Shown here one piece after another: positions 47,854-57,890 of a DNA stretch of 64,000 nt. Within the stretch, counting starts at the first letter, position 1. Every line of letters begins with the position of its first letter. The notes under the pieces were generated by a model. The model did no database searches, was not told where the DNA came from, and saw nothing but the letters and a program-made list of their open reading frames with translations. The DNA is from Candidatus Levyibacteriota bacterium (GTDB lineage: Bacteria; Patescibacteriota; Microgenomatia; Levybacterales; UBA12049), in the NCBI GenBank assembly GCA_963722305.1, contig CAVRKE010000001.1:309549-373548 (forward strand). The letters are read 5' to 3'. The position numbers and the translations under genes were made by a program.

Positions 47854-49401
47854 ATGCGGGACAAGTATATAGAACTAATCATCGAATACATCAGAGCAAA
47901 GCCGGAATATAAAACCGTGCTTAATGAAATAAAAGCCGATGTTCTAACGGTTGGCGCTACAGAAGAGGAATTTGATGAAGCAATTAATCAAATCACTGAC
48001 GCCGAAACCGCCAAATTAATCCTAGGGGGTGCACCATCGGTAGCTCAACCCATAACTCCTGAAGCCGCAGCCGAAATACCCGGACAAACCAAAACCCCTT
48101 CCGATTATCTAAAGAAAATGACTCCGCTTATTTTGTACGTCAAAGACCACGTTCTGGCTCACAAAAAATATTATGCGGCCGCATTGGCAGTAATGGTAAT
48201 TCTTTGCCTACTGCTATTAAACTTAGGTCGAAAAGCACCAGCCAGACTGGCCCAAACCCCTCCTCCTCCCATAAAAGTGCCGATTGTAAGCGGGGGAGCC
48301 ATTCCTGTGGTTTATGCAAACACCTTAGCCGTTGATCCCGACAAAATTTTCTCCGTAAAAAGCAATAACGTCCAGCTGACAGTAACCGGAAAACCCAAGA
48401 AAGAAGTTTTGGGATTTTTCCCATACTGGATGCTGCCAAAAGAAGACCAGGTAAACCTGGCAACTCTGACTTCGGTCAGCCTATTCGGCCTGGAAGTTGA
48501 CGGCAGCGGCAATATTGTCACCAATGGTTCCGATGGTAATATTGACGGCGGTTGGGCAATGTGGAAAGACCCAAAATTAGACGACTTCCTTCGGCGCGCC
48601 AAAGCACAAGATATTAATGTTTACTTAACGATTAAATGTTTTGACAGCGGTAATATCGAAAGTCTTGCTCAGTCCGATGACGCCCAGAAAAATTTAATCG
48701 CCAACACCATGTATCTGGTTAATTCCAAAGACCTGGATGGCATCAATATAGATTTTGAATATGTCGGTGTACCAACAGACGCCGTTAGAAACGGTTTCAC
48801 CAGACTAATTACCAATCTCAATGCCGAACTAAAAAGGCAGATCCCGAACGCCGTTTTGACAATCGACACATACCTTGTTTCGGGTTCGGAAAAAGATTTA
48901 TTTGATATCCCGATGGTGGCGCAAAATTCCGACGCTTTTGTCATCATGGGCTACGATATGCATACACCTTTAAACGGACCTGGCCCGGTTTCAGCCATGG
49001 GCGGAGATACGAATATTGTCGGCTATGTCCAGAATTATTTGGAGCAGGTCGACCCTTCAAAATTAATCTTGGCCGTTCCTTATTATGGCTATGACTGGCC
49101 GGAAAACGTCGCCTCGCCCTCTGCAGACATGGTGAAAATTTTGCCTTACGCCGAAGTTGCCGACCAAAGCCAAAATTTACAGCTGAACTGGGATGATACC
49201 TCCGAAACCCCGTCTTTTACTTATACCGACGACACGGGACAAGCCAGAATTGTCCATTTTGACAACGTCCGCTCTTTAGGGATTAAATATGATTTTATCA
49301 ATAAAAAGAACTTGCGGGGTGTCGGAATTTGGGCTTTGGGCTACGACGGGCAAAACCAGGATTTGGAAAAATTGTTAATCGATAAGTTTATAAACCAATA
49401 A
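47854..49401 (+). CDS. Glycoside hydrolase family 18-like (chitinase/YaaH-like) domain protein with an N-terminal TM segment
   Basis: DLDGINIDFEYVG matches the GH18 DGxDxDxE catalytic motif; about 515 aa. Confidence 0.55.
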   Translation: MRDKYIELIIEYIRAKPEYKTVLNEIKADVLTVGATEEEFDEAINQITDAETAKLILGGAPSVAQPITPEAAAEIPGQTKTPSDYLKKMTPLILYVKDHVLAHKKYYAAALAVMVILCLLLLNLGRKAPARLAQTPPPPIKVPIVSGGAIPVVYANTLAVDPDKIFSVKSNNVQLTVTGKPKKEVLGFFPYWMLPKEDQVNLATLTSVSLFGLEVDGSGNIVTNGSDGNIDGGWAMWKDPKLDDFLRRAKAQDINVYLTIKCFDSGNIESLAQSDDAQKNLIANTMYLVNSKDLDGINIDFEYVGVPTDAVRNGFTRLITNLNAELKRQIPNAVLTIDTYLVSGSEKDLFDIPMVAQNSDAFVIMGYDMHTPLNGPGPVSAMGGDTNIVGYVQNYLEQVDPSKLILAVPYYGYDWPENVASPSADMVKILPYAEVADQSQNLQLNWDDTSETPSFTYTDDTGQARIVHFDNVRSLGIKYDFINKKNLRGVGIWALGYDGQNQDLEKLLIDKFINQ

Positions 49402-49444
49402 TTGCAAATTGACAAAGAATAGATTGCAATGATAAGCTGAAGAT

Positions 49445-50101
49445 ATGAGTGAGAACCCCTATCTACCATTAACACAGGGCAAATCGGATTTCATTCATTC
49501 GCCGGCAACCGGAACCGCGGGGGCGATGGCTGCTAAAGGTCACCGAGGTTTTGAGTCACAAGCCCATCAAAGGCTTGAGCCGGGTCCAAACGCTCTCAGC
49601 AGATTTGCGAGAAGAGTTTGGAATGGCATTACGGGAGTAAACCATGCAATAGAAAGTCGTGATAAAAGCGGCGAAAAACAAGTCGTCTTTGGCCAAATCA
49701 CGGAAATAAATGTTGCCAAGGTGTTAGCCGGATTATCAAAGCCGGGTGGAAAGATGCAGACAGAACCATTCACCAGAGATGGTGCTTTTGCCAGATTAGG
49801 TTACCTCGGCGGCGAAATGAACCGTCCCAGGGAGTATGCCGCCATGCTTTATGCGCTTGGTGAGCTAATGCGTGAAGGAGTAATTGAAGAGCAACCCAAT
49901 CCAAATTTCGAAGGGACTTATTGGTTTAGAGTAAATCCACAACGACAAATAGAACTTACTAACATCGCTAATAGACCATTGGACCAAGATAAGAGCTTAT
50001 CCCACGAACTTGCCGTGCTGCCCGGCCGCCAGCCGGAACAAGACGCGTATATTAGGGATTTCTTAGGCAAAAATGGCGTACAGCTAGATTTAGCTGCATG
50101 A
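49445..50101 (+). CDS. Hypothetical protein (218 aa)
   Basis: ORF only; GC-richer than the neighbouring sequence. Confidence 0.4.
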   Translation: MSENPYLPLTQGKSDFIHSPATGTAGAMAAKGHRGFESQAHQRLEPGPNALSRFARRVWNGITGVNHAIESRDKSGEKQVVFGQITEINVAKVLAGLSKPGGKMQTEPFTRDGAFARLGYLGGEMNRPREYAAMLYALGELMREGVIEEQPNPNFEGTYWFRVNPQRQIELTNIANRPLDQDKSLSHELAVLPGRQPEQDAYIRDFLGKNGVQLDLAA

Positions 50102-50277
50102 AACAAAACAAAAAATCTAAATGCGATTTCCCATGCCACGGAATGTTCGGCGCAGTGCTATTTGTCTTCGTCAAAAAAAATTCTTGAGCGTTTTTGACTT
50201 ACTTTGCTTCACTCCGAGGCCGGAAAGCGTCAATAGTGATAAATTTTTACAAAATTTAGCTTCATTTAGCTTCAAAA

Positions 50278-50760
50278 AATAATTATTTATCAACCCCATA
50301 GTAGGGGAGAGCAGAAATTTTAGAAACCGGTTCAAAAATAGAGAATAATTGCCAAGAAGAGAACTGCCGTTGATAGACTCTGCAAAACATAACACGAAAA
50401 ACAGCGGTTGAAGAAGCACTTCCCCCGGCTTTTGAGCCTGAGTGATGTCGTAAAAGTATTATTGTACGACGTAATCAGTTTCTCTCTTCCGGGGTATTTT
50501 GGTCACTATTTTTTTATCTACCTCTAACACGGAGAGAAATGAAGACCAAGTAATGGCATTGAGAACCGTAGCGCTACCCTCTATATCCTCCTGCAATCAA
50601 TTATTTTTGCGGTAATGATACGTTATAAGCGCCTCTCTCCCCATGGTTCCGGCTTACATTTAATTTAGAGCCTTATATCAATCTAATCGTATACTTTTAG
50701 CTTCAAAAATCGTGAGTTTAGCCAATTATGTAATCCGGATCACCAAGAGCATAGTGCTCT
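50278..50760 (-). ncRNA. Candidate structured ncRNA, possibly a divergent RNase P RNA (very tentative)
   Basis: Minus-strand UGUAAGCCGGAACCAUGGGGAGAGAGGCGC (plus 50629-50660) resembles the P4/P5 5' consensus GAAAGUCCGGGCUCCAUAGGGCAGGGUGCC; a downstream GAACCGGUUU (plus 50325-50333) can pair with UAAGCCGG as a P4 3' strand; a CCCCUACUAUGGGG hairpin plus U-tract (plus 50276-50307) would terminate a minus-strand transcript; 960-bp coding-free span. Confidence 0.3.
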
Positions 50761-51065
50761 GACCTGAAGTGGCATTCGTATTTTATTCGTATTGCCTCCG
50801 ACTATTGTTCTCAGCCTCACCCTTGAGCAGAGCAAAGCCACTGCCTATCCGTGAAAAGTAAGGTGTAAATCTCGTGAAAACTAAAAAGTTATCCACATTA
50901 GCCGTGATTAGTATCCTATAATTTTAAAATAGTTTACTATATCAAACTATATCAGTCTTATAGTTTATTTATTTCCCGACCCTAATATAGTTCCCTCCAC
51001 TTCCCTCTTCTCCAGTAAGCCGGAGGTAAAAAACATGCAGCTAAAACGGTAAATTTGAAGCTAAA

Positions 51066-51905
51066 TTATCCAAAGTTTGTAAACAGCACCAAAAAAATAA
51101 AGGAAATTGCCGTCAACCAGAAATACTCCAGTATTACTCCCCTAAACAACCGCTTCTCAAACCACGCCTGACTTAAGCCAATTAAGACATAAAAGATTGC
51201 CGATAAGAATAGCGCCAAGACAGTTGGAGAGCTGGGCCGAAACCATAAAAAGACCGCAACCTCAACTAAACAAATGGTCAAAGACAAAGTCCAGAAAATT
51301 TGTGACAAGGGGTTACGGTCAAGTGTATAAACCCAAATTGACTGCATTATAAACAGGAACGAGTAAATAAAAATTAGTAGCAGGGTGATAAAAACATTAA
51401 TGTGAAAAGAAAACACAACGTTAGAAAGAAAAAAATAGGAAAGCAGGGTTAAAACCAGTGAAACGGTTCTGGCACCCGATAAAAGAGCAATCGTTCTAAT
51501 TGCGGAAACGGTAAAAATATTCTGGCTAAGATAAAGCGAATAAAGCCCTAACGCATAAAGGCTGGTTATGCCAACCCGGGTAATCAGTCTTGCCGGCACC
51601 AACAAGTAAAAAAGCCCCATGGAAAAGCTGTAAAGAAACGGGAGGATAAAAACCTGAATATTAAAATTATCTTTTAAATCTTTTCTCAGTGCCAGGAAGA
51701 GGAAAAACGATGTCAGAACCGACAGGATAAAAACAATTGAAATCGCCGACTTCCCCAACACGTATTCTGCGCTAAAAAGACCAAGTGACAAAACAATCAC
51801 CGAGAAAATAAATTTCTGTCGTTTGCTGGTTAATACTTTCGAAATAGAACTAGATATTTTATTGACCCGCCCCCTACCGCTAGTGACTTTCTTAAAACTA
51901 AACAT
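51066..51905 (-). CDS. Hypothetical polytopic membrane protein (279 aa)
   Basis: About 8 TM helices. Confidence 0.5.
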   Translation of the reverse strand: MFSFKKVTSGRGRVNKISSSISKVLTSKRQKFIFSVIVLSLGLFSAEYVLGKSAISIVFILSVLTSFFLFLALRKDLKDNFNIQVFILPFLYSFSMGLFYLLVPARLITRVGITSLYALGLYSLYLSQNIFTVSAIRTIALLSGARTVSLVLTLLSYFFLSNVVFSFHINVFITLLLIFIYSFLFIMQSIWVYTLDRNPLSQIFWTLSLTICLVEVAVFLWFRPSSPTVLALFLSAIFYVLIGLSQAWFEKRLFRGVILEYFWLTAISFIFLVLFTNFG

Positions 51906-51907
51906 AT

Positions 51908-52630
51908 TTACCCAAGATTGGTGTAAACCTTTTGGACATCATCCAATTCTTCCAAACTACTGATAAATTCCTCGATTTTAGAAAGCTTATCCTTCTCTTC
52001 AACTTGCATCGTCACCACCGGCTCGCGGATCAGCTCCGCTTCCAAAACTTCAATCCCCAAGGCAACCAGCGCATCTTTTATTTTTGCTAAATCCGCCAAA
52101 GAAGTATAAATAAAGACCTCATCACCAACTTCTTCGATATCCTCAGCGCCCTGGTCCAAGGCGACGGAAAATAAATCATCAAAAGATTTGTTTCCCTTTT
52201 TGGCAATAATTCTGCCGATATGTTTAAACTGGTAAGCTACTGAACCGGGTTGCCCAAAAGAAGCGTTCGCCTTATGGAAAATGCTTTTTACTTCCGCTGT
52301 TGTGCGCATCGAATTATCCGTGGCCGCTTCAACTATCACCGAAACACCGCCCGGAGCAAAACCCTCATAAATGACCTCCTCAACCTCTCCCGCATCTTTT
52401 CCCGAAGCCCTTTTAATTGCCCTATCGATGTTTTCTTTGGGCATATTTTCCGCCCTGGCGGCATCAATCGCCAATCTTAACCGAAAATTGGAGTTAGGGT
52501 CGCCTATTCCCCCACCGGCTTTGACGGCAATGGTAATTGCATTACCGAGTTTGGTGAAAGTTTTTCCCCGCTTTTGGTCATTTACTCCCTTTTGTCTTTT
52601 AATTTGTGCCCACTTTGAGTGTCCGGACAT
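51908..52630 (-). CDS. yebC: YebC/PmpR-family probable transcriptional regulator
   Basis: MSGHSKWAQIKRQKG N-terminus diagnostic of the YebC family; 240 aa. Confidence 0.85.
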   Translation of the reverse strand: MSGHSKWAQIKRQKGVNDQKRGKTFTKLGNAITIAVKAGGGIGDPNSNFRLRLAIDAARAENMPKENIDRAIKRASGKDAGEVEEVIYEGFAPGGVSVIVEAATDNSMRTTAEVKSIFHKANASFGQPGSVAYQFKHIGRIIAKKGNKSFDDLFSVALDQGAEDIEEVGDEVFIYTSLADLAKIKDALVALGIEVLEAELIREPVVTMQVEEKDKLSKIEEFISSLEELDDVQKVYTNLG

Positions 52631-52752
52631 AAAAAGTAATTAGCCATTAACAATCAGCAACTAGTTTAAGAACTAAAAGCTAAACGCTAGAGGCTAGATG
52701 TTGATATTATACTGTTTCTGTATTGACTTTTGCAATAAAGATAGTGTAGAAT

Positions 52753-53502
52753 TTGTCAATCTTTTACCCCATAATGACATTAAAAAATCAAGCCATTCAG
52801 ACGGCACTCGAAGGAAACTGGCAAGAAGCAATTGCTATCAATAAATCCCTTGTGCAGGAAAATCCCGAAGACATGGATGCTTTAAACCGCTTAGCTCTCG
52901 CCTATACTATTATGGGCAAACTAAGAGAAGCCAAGTCGACTTATCAAAAAGTGCTGGACCTTGACCCGCTTAATCCGATTGCCTTACGTAATTTAAAAAA
53001 ACTCAAAGACAAAGCCCTTAATCTTTCCGGAGGAACTCCCGGTAGTTGCATTAAAAATCAATTCCTGGAAGAACCCGGCAAAACCAAAGTAGTCGAGCTG
53101 GTAAACATTGCCCAACCGACTATCGTTGAGGCCCTTCGCACCGGACAATCTTTGGAGCTAAGCATAAAAAGGTTGAAAATTTTTGCTTTGGAAGGAAAAC
53201 AATATATCGGGGTTTTACCCGATGACATTTCCAGAAGATTAATTAAGTTTATCAAAAACGGCTGTAAATATGACGCCTATGTTAAATCCGCCAACCAACA
53301 TAAGGTCACTATTTTTATTAAGGAGCTAAAAAAGACCACCAGGTATAAAGACCAACCTTCATTTACCAGTATTACCGATTCGCCACTGGCTTTAGATAAA
53401 AACGGCAAAATAAGGGCCCAGGTTGAAAGCCAAAGAATAAAGGATGCCGAAAACGAAAGTGAGAGTGAAGACGAACAGGCAGAGTATTCCGAAGAAGAAT
53501 AA
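52753..53502 (+). CDS. Hypothetical protein with an N-terminal TPR-like repeat and an acidic C-terminal tail
   Basis: ALNRLALAYTIMGKLREAKSTYQKVLDLDPLNPIALRNL TPR-like; C-terminal ESESEDEQAEYSEEE. Confidence 0.45.
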   Translation: MSIFYPIMTLKNQAIQTALEGNWQEAIAINKSLVQENPEDMDALNRLALAYTIMGKLREAKSTYQKVLDLDPLNPIALRNLKKLKDKALNLSGGTPGSCIKNQFLEEPGKTKVVELVNIAQPTIVEALRTGQSLELSIKRLKIFALEGKQYIGVLPDDISRRLIKFIKNGCKYDAYVKSANQHKVTIFIKELKKTTRYKDQPSFTSITDSPLALDKNGKIRAQVESQRIKDAENESESEDEQAEYSEEE

Positions 53503-53509
53503 GCCTGAA

Positions 53510-54310
53510 TTAGAATTTAGAACTATTCTCTTTATCCGTACCGATTGTAATTATAATATCAGCCAGTCCCCTATTATCCGACTCAACTGCCGGAATACCC
53601 AAATATTCACTTAGTTTTTTGACCGTATAGCTTTTATCTTTAAAATAAGTTATTTTTGAATTTTGCATCACATTGTCTGCGGTTGACACCAAAACCACAT
53701 TTCCTCCGATATTGGTAACTAAGGTCGCCAGCCTTGTCCCCAAACCGAAAGTGTCGGTCGCGTTAATAATTTCGATGCTTTTGTTTTCCTGGTAAACCGC
53801 CGGGTCGGTGAAAGATAGCGACAGTACCGTTGACTTTTGTGCATCACCTAAATTTTCCGAAAAATCCCTAACGCTGATATTGTTTTTGGGAACGGTTTTT
53901 GAAAAAATAAATAACCTGATGGCGTCCAGAATAGTTAAGCCGTTTACATATTTCTGCATTGAGAAGATGGAATGAAAAACAGTCGTAGGAACATCTTCTT
54001 GTCCTGAATTTACCGAAACGATTGACCCGTCGATTGGAATTTCCAGCGTTCTTGCAAAATTACCCTTGACGCTTTTATCTTCAATATTTAGCACCGACAG
54101 TGAATTATCCTGGGGAGAAAAAGCCACAATCCGACTGTTATTCCTCGCGCTAAAACTGACTATGAAGCTGTGGGTGCCGTCAAATTTACTCGTTTTGACA
54201 ACCAGCAAAAATTTAAAAACTATCGAAATAATAATCAGTCCTAAAACAACAATTAAAAAAATGCCCGCCAGCCTTAAATTGGAATTTGTACTTTTTTTTC
54301 TTTTTATCAT
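53510..54310 (-). CDS. Membrane-anchored protein with a LytR_C-like C-terminal domain (LCP-associated)
   Basis: N-terminal TM; C-terminal IEIINATDTFGLGTRLATLVTNIGGNVVLVSTAD resembles the LytR/CpsA/Psr C-terminal domain. Confidence 0.4.
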   Translation of the reverse strand: MIKRKKSTNSNLRLAGIFLIVVLGLIIISIVFKFLLVVKTSKFDGTHSFIVSFSARNNSRIVAFSPQDNSLSVLNIEDKSVKGNFARTLEIPIDGSIVSVNSGQEDVPTTVFHSIFSMQKYVNGLTILDAIRLFIFSKTVPKNNISVRDFSENLGDAQKSTVLSLSFTDPAVYQENKSIEIINATDTFGLGTRLATLVTNIGGNVVLVSTADNVMQNSKITYFKDKSYTVKKLSEYLGIPAVESDNRGLADIIITIGTDKENSSKF

Positions 54311-54381
54311 CTTCGACTAGTAATCTCTACTCGTCGCTAAAGCGCACCGCAAGACACGTCAGACGTGTTCGAACGGCAAGC

Positions 54382-54519
54382 TTAGACGGGTTTCTTTTTC
54401 TTGGTGATAATTTCCGGCATTGAAAAAACAGGAGCATTTCCGAAATTATTGCTTTTTACCTCTTTGTCTTTTTTTTGTTTCTTTTTATCCCCCTTATAAT
54501 ATCCGCCAAAGCTTCCCAT
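54382..54519 (-). CDS. Small Lys-rich protein (45 aa), missed by the 60-aa ORF track
   Basis: GGAGGTGATTTT-ATG with ideal RBS spacing; MGSFGGYYKGDKKKQKKDKEVKSNNFGNAPVFSMPEIITKKKKPV. Confidence 0.35.
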   Translation of the reverse strand: MGSFGGYYKGDKKKQKKDKEVKSNNFGNAPVFSMPEIITKKKKPV

Positions 54520-54614
54520 AAAATCACCTCCTAATAATATATGAAATCAATTTTTGGCTACCAAGTCAACCCTCGTTAAATTGTTTCACACCGGCTCTGC
54601 CGAATTTAACAGGG

Positions 54615-55358
54615 TCAATGCTGGTCCAAATAATCCAAAAAATTTTGCAGTTCGGAAGGTAGCGGACTACTAAACTCTACTCTCTGCCCTCCTTTAGGGT
54701 GATAAAAGGAAATAGTTTTGGCATGCAGAAATACTCTCGCCAAAAATTTCCGGTCGTCCCTGGCAGTTTTTCTGCCCGCATAAAGAGCATCACCAAAAAT
54801 CGGGTGACCATGGTATTTCAGATGGACTCGGATTTGGTGGGTTCTGCCGGTTTTCGGGTTTAACTCAAGAACAGTTAATGGTTCTTTCCCTTTTTTCGAT
54901 ACTTGATACTTTAAACTTAATACTTTATACTTCGTCACCGCTTCTTTGCCGCCGGCCAGAACGCCGAATCTTTTTCTGTTCCACGGCAGTCTTCCCACGG
55001 GAACAATAATTTCCCCTTCCGGTGCCTCGACAGATCCGTGTACTAAAGCGAGGTAGGTCTTCTCTACCCTTCTGTCTTTAAACTGGGCCTGCAAATTGTC
55101 AAAGCTAGTCGCGTTTTTGGCCACCAATAAAATTCCCGAAGTTTCTTTGTCAATGCGGTGGACAAACCCGGCACGCTTATAAAAATCCGCTTCCCTATTG
55201 GAGTCTAGCCATGGTTTGTGGTTAGCAAATTTTTTCTCCAACCAATCCTGCACGGTCAACTCATCCTTGGTGGTTTCAGCTTTGTTAACTGTTACTCCGG
55301 AGGGCTTATCCAAAACGAGAATATCTTCGTCTTCATACAAAACCTTAATATCATTCAT
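54615..55358 (-). CDS. RluA-family pseudouridine synthase
   Basis: HRIDKETSGILLVAKN catalytic Asp motif; 247 aa with no S4 domain. Confidence 0.8.
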   Translation of the reverse strand: MNDIKVLYEDEDILVLDKPSGVTVNKAETTKDELTVQDWLEKKFANHKPWLDSNREADFYKRAGFVHRIDKETSGILLVAKNATSFDNLQAQFKDRRVEKTYLALVHGSVEAPEGEIIVPVGRLPWNRKRFGVLAGGKEAVTKYKVLSLKYQVSKKGKEPLTVLELNPKTGRTHQIRVHLKYHGHPIFGDALYAGRKTARDDRKFLARVFLHAKTISFYHPKGGQRVEFSSPLPSELQNFLDYLDQH

Positions 55359-56038
55359 TTCTTCAGTAAAAACTTATTCATTATCTCCTGGTTTACGAGA
55401 AGTATTAAAGATGAAAATAAAACTACCAGGATTAAAATATTTTCTACATTCAAAAAGGAAAAATGAGCGATGTCCAAAAACAATTTTGTCAAAAAATACA
55501 AAAAAGAAAAAACAGCGCTATAGATTAAGCCCAAAGTTCCGTCTCTGATTTCCCCCTTGCTTGAGAAAGGATAAATTAATTTTGCGAATAACAAAAGCAC
55601 GATGATAGATAAAATAAAAATGATGTTGGAAAAAAGACTGACTTTACCAAAGCTGATTAAAAGATTCCCGATAAAACCTAGCGGCATTACCCCCATAAAA
55701 GACAACACAAACAAATCCAAGATTTTACCGGTAGGCATTTTTTTGTAGCGGGCATAAAAGAATATAAAGACCTCCGCTGCCGCTAAACCGCCGATTAAAG
55801 ACAATCCCGGAAAATAAGGGAGAGCAAAAAAACCTAACGGGCTTAAAAGCTTGGGATCTTGACTGCCTAAAACAAAGAACAATCTCGAAAAAAACAATGC
55901 CACCAATGCTGTCAGAAAAGCCAGGCTAAATAATTTTTCCATTGCAATATCTTTTCTGACAATGACAAAATCATCTCGGGAGATATAGTAGAGAATGTAC
56001 AAAAAAACAAAAAAACTGAGCAAAAGAACAATCAGCAT
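55355..56038 (-). CDS. Hypothetical membrane protein (227 aa, about 6 TM)
   Basis: Hydrophobic profile only; no Lgt signature found. Confidence 0.4.
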   Translation of the reverse strand: MLIVLLLSFFVFLYILYYISRDDFVIVRKDIAMEKLFSLAFLTALVALFFSRLFFVLGSQDPKLLSPLGFFALPYFPGLSLIGGLAAAEVFIFFYARYKKMPTGKILDLFVLSFMGVMPLGFIGNLLISFGKVSLFSNIIFILSIIVLLLFAKLIYPFSSKGEIRDGTLGLIYSAVFSFLYFLTKLFLDIAHFSFLNVENILILVVLFSSLILLVNQEIMNKFLLKK

Positions 56039-56039
56039 A

Positions 56040-57323
56040 TTAATTTCTGTCCGTTATAATCCTAATCGCGGCAATCAATAACACAACTATTCCTGTTCCG
56101 GTGATGACGGCTTTTACACCGATTAAATCAGCCAGCCCTCCGACTACGACCACCGGAATGATTGACATAATACCAATCAAGGTATTTAACACACCGTAAA
56201 CTTTACCCCTTGACTCATCACTTGTCTCTTCCTGAAGAATGGTATTGGCAGGAACAAACACTAAGGAGGTTGCAAATCCCAAAATAAATGCCAAGACAAC
56301 CATAATATGAATCATATTAATTCTTAAAAAATGTGGAAGATAAAAATTAATCAGGTGGACAATTTGTCTTGATTCAACTCTTGAACCGTAAGGCAAAATA
56401 AGAATGGAAAGTCCCATCAGGAATAACCCTATTTTGGTTAATGCTCCCCGCGATTTATGGTGCAGGAAACTGCCGATAATGATTGCGCCAATCGCCAGTC
56501 CGATAATGGCGGGTGTCACAAACAGTATCGGGAAGCTTTCAACTTTAATTCTTAGAACGTGCTCCGCGTAGCCCGGACCGATTGCGGCCAGGACGTAAAT
56601 AAGGATTTGCACGACAGTTAACGAGAAAATGGCATGGGACAAATTTTTCGTTTTGGAGATTAAACTAAGAACAAATCTGATTTCATCTTTAAAACTTAAG
56701 GCAACTTGATTTTCCTCAAGCTTCTTTGGCTCAACTTTTGCTTTATTTATTCTAATTAATGCCGCAAAAATACCGGCGATTAAAAAAAGCGTTGTTAGTA
56801 ATATAAAAATGTTTGTTTTCCCAAGCATTAGAAGTATTGGCCCGGACAATGCATAAGCCAAAAAAATTGAGGCGTATATTCCCATGCCAAATAAGGCATT
56901 TGCCGAGAGCAGCAAATCTTTTCTAACCAGAAGCGGGATAATCGGCGTTTCTGCCGGGATAAAAAACTGAGTCGCCATTGCCACACCAAAAGTTGCTAAA
57001 TAAACCAATCCTAAACTCCTATAAAAAAAAGCTAATGGTAAAACAATTAAAGCTCTTAATAAATTAGTCACTATTAGAACGCTTTTCTTATTCCACCGGT
57101 CAACCAAAACTCCTGCCAAAATTCCGAAAATTAAAGCCGGCAGAGTAAAAGCAATTACTACTCCCGATACTGCCGTATTTGAATTGGCAACACTAAACAC
57201 AACAATTAAAAGGGCGAAGTTAAACAGATTCATTGAAAACTGGGAGAAAAACTCTGCGGCAATCAAAAAAAGAAAAGGCCTGATACGAAGAGTCTTTAAA
57301 ATAAGATTATCTTTCATACACAA
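56040..57323 (-). CDS. MFS-family transporter
   Basis: 12 TM; 427 aa. Confidence 0.7.
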   Translation of the reverse strand: MCMKDNLILKTLRIRPFLFLIAAEFFSQFSMNLFNFALLIVVFSVANSNTAVSGVVIAFTLPALIFGILAGVLVDRWNKKSVLIVTNLLRALIVLPLAFFYRSLGLVYLATFGVAMATQFFIPAETPIIPLLVRKDLLLSANALFGMGIYASIFLAYALSGPILLMLGKTNIFILLTTLFLIAGIFAALIRINKAKVEPKKLEENQVALSFKDEIRFVLSLISKTKNLSHAIFSLTVVQILIYVLAAIGPGYAEHVLRIKVESFPILFVTPAIIGLAIGAIIIGSFLHHKSRGALTKIGLFLMGLSILILPYGSRVESRQIVHLINFYLPHFLRINMIHIMVVLAFILGFATSLVFVPANTILQEETSDESRGKVYGVLNTLIGIMSIIPVVVVGGLADLIGVKAVITGTGIVVLLIAAIRIITDRN

Positions 57324-57332
57324 TGTTACTAG

Positions 57333-57890
57333 CTACTGAGCTTTTTCCGTATAAGCTCCGGTTCTAGTATCGACGCGGACTTTATCTCCTGTTTTAATAA
57401 ATGGAGGCACTTTTACCGTCAATCCGTTTTCTAAAGTTGCGTCTTTAAAAACATTGGTGGCCGAATTCCCCTTAACCCCAGGGGGTGTTTCGGTAACTTC
57501 CAAAACTACTTTCGGTGGAAGCGCCACCGAAAGTGCTTCGTCGCCTAAAAAACTAATCGAATAAGTTTCGCCTTCTTTTAAAAACCGGTCGCCTTCAATT
57601 ACCTTTAAGGGGACGCTGATTTGCTCAAAAGTTTGCGGGTTCATAAAATAGGCACTCTCCCCATCCTTATATAAATACTGGTGATCTTTTTTTAAGACGG
57701 TCACATCGTTTACTTTAGCAGTGTTGATAAAACTTTTTTCTGTAGTCGAACCGCTTCTTAAATTTTTGACTTTAACTTTAATATTGGCACTTCCCCGCCC
57801 CATCTTAATGTGCTCGTAAGATAAAACCTGTAAAAGGTTTCCGTTTTCTTCAAAAATTGTTCCGGCTCTCAGTTCTTGAACTCCAATCAT
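57333..57890 (-). CDS. efp: Elongation factor P
   Basis: 185 aa; N-terminal KOW-like region MIGVQELRAGTIFEENGNLLQV; three-domain length. Confidence 0.85.
   Translation of the reverse strand: MIGVQELRAGTIFEENGNLLQVLSYEHIKMGRGSANIKVKVKNLRSGSTTEKSFINTAKVNDVTVLKKDHQYLYKDGESAYFMNPQTFEQISVPLKVIEGDRFLKEGETYSISFLGDEALSVALPPKVVLEVTETPPGVKGNSATNVFKDATLENGLTVKVPPFIKTGDKVRVDTRTGAYTEKAQ

Noticed and set aside
50700-51060. Plus-strand RNase P interpretation of the 50.7-51.06 kb segment (CAGAGCAAAGCCACUGCC / GUGAAAAGUAAGGUG resemblance to P10-P12)
   Set aside because: No P4 5' strand (GGAAAGUCCGGG-like) upstream and no room for a 3' P4 before the convergent gene at 51066. The minus-strand candidate at 50278-50760 has better P4 complementarity and a terminator.
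55355-56038. Prolipoprotein diacylglyceryl transferase (Lgt) assignment for the 227-aa membrane protein upstream of rluA
   Set aside because: The characteristic Lgt signature (G-x-x-N-F-I-N / H-x-x-P motif region) could not be found, so it is left as a hypothetical membrane protein.
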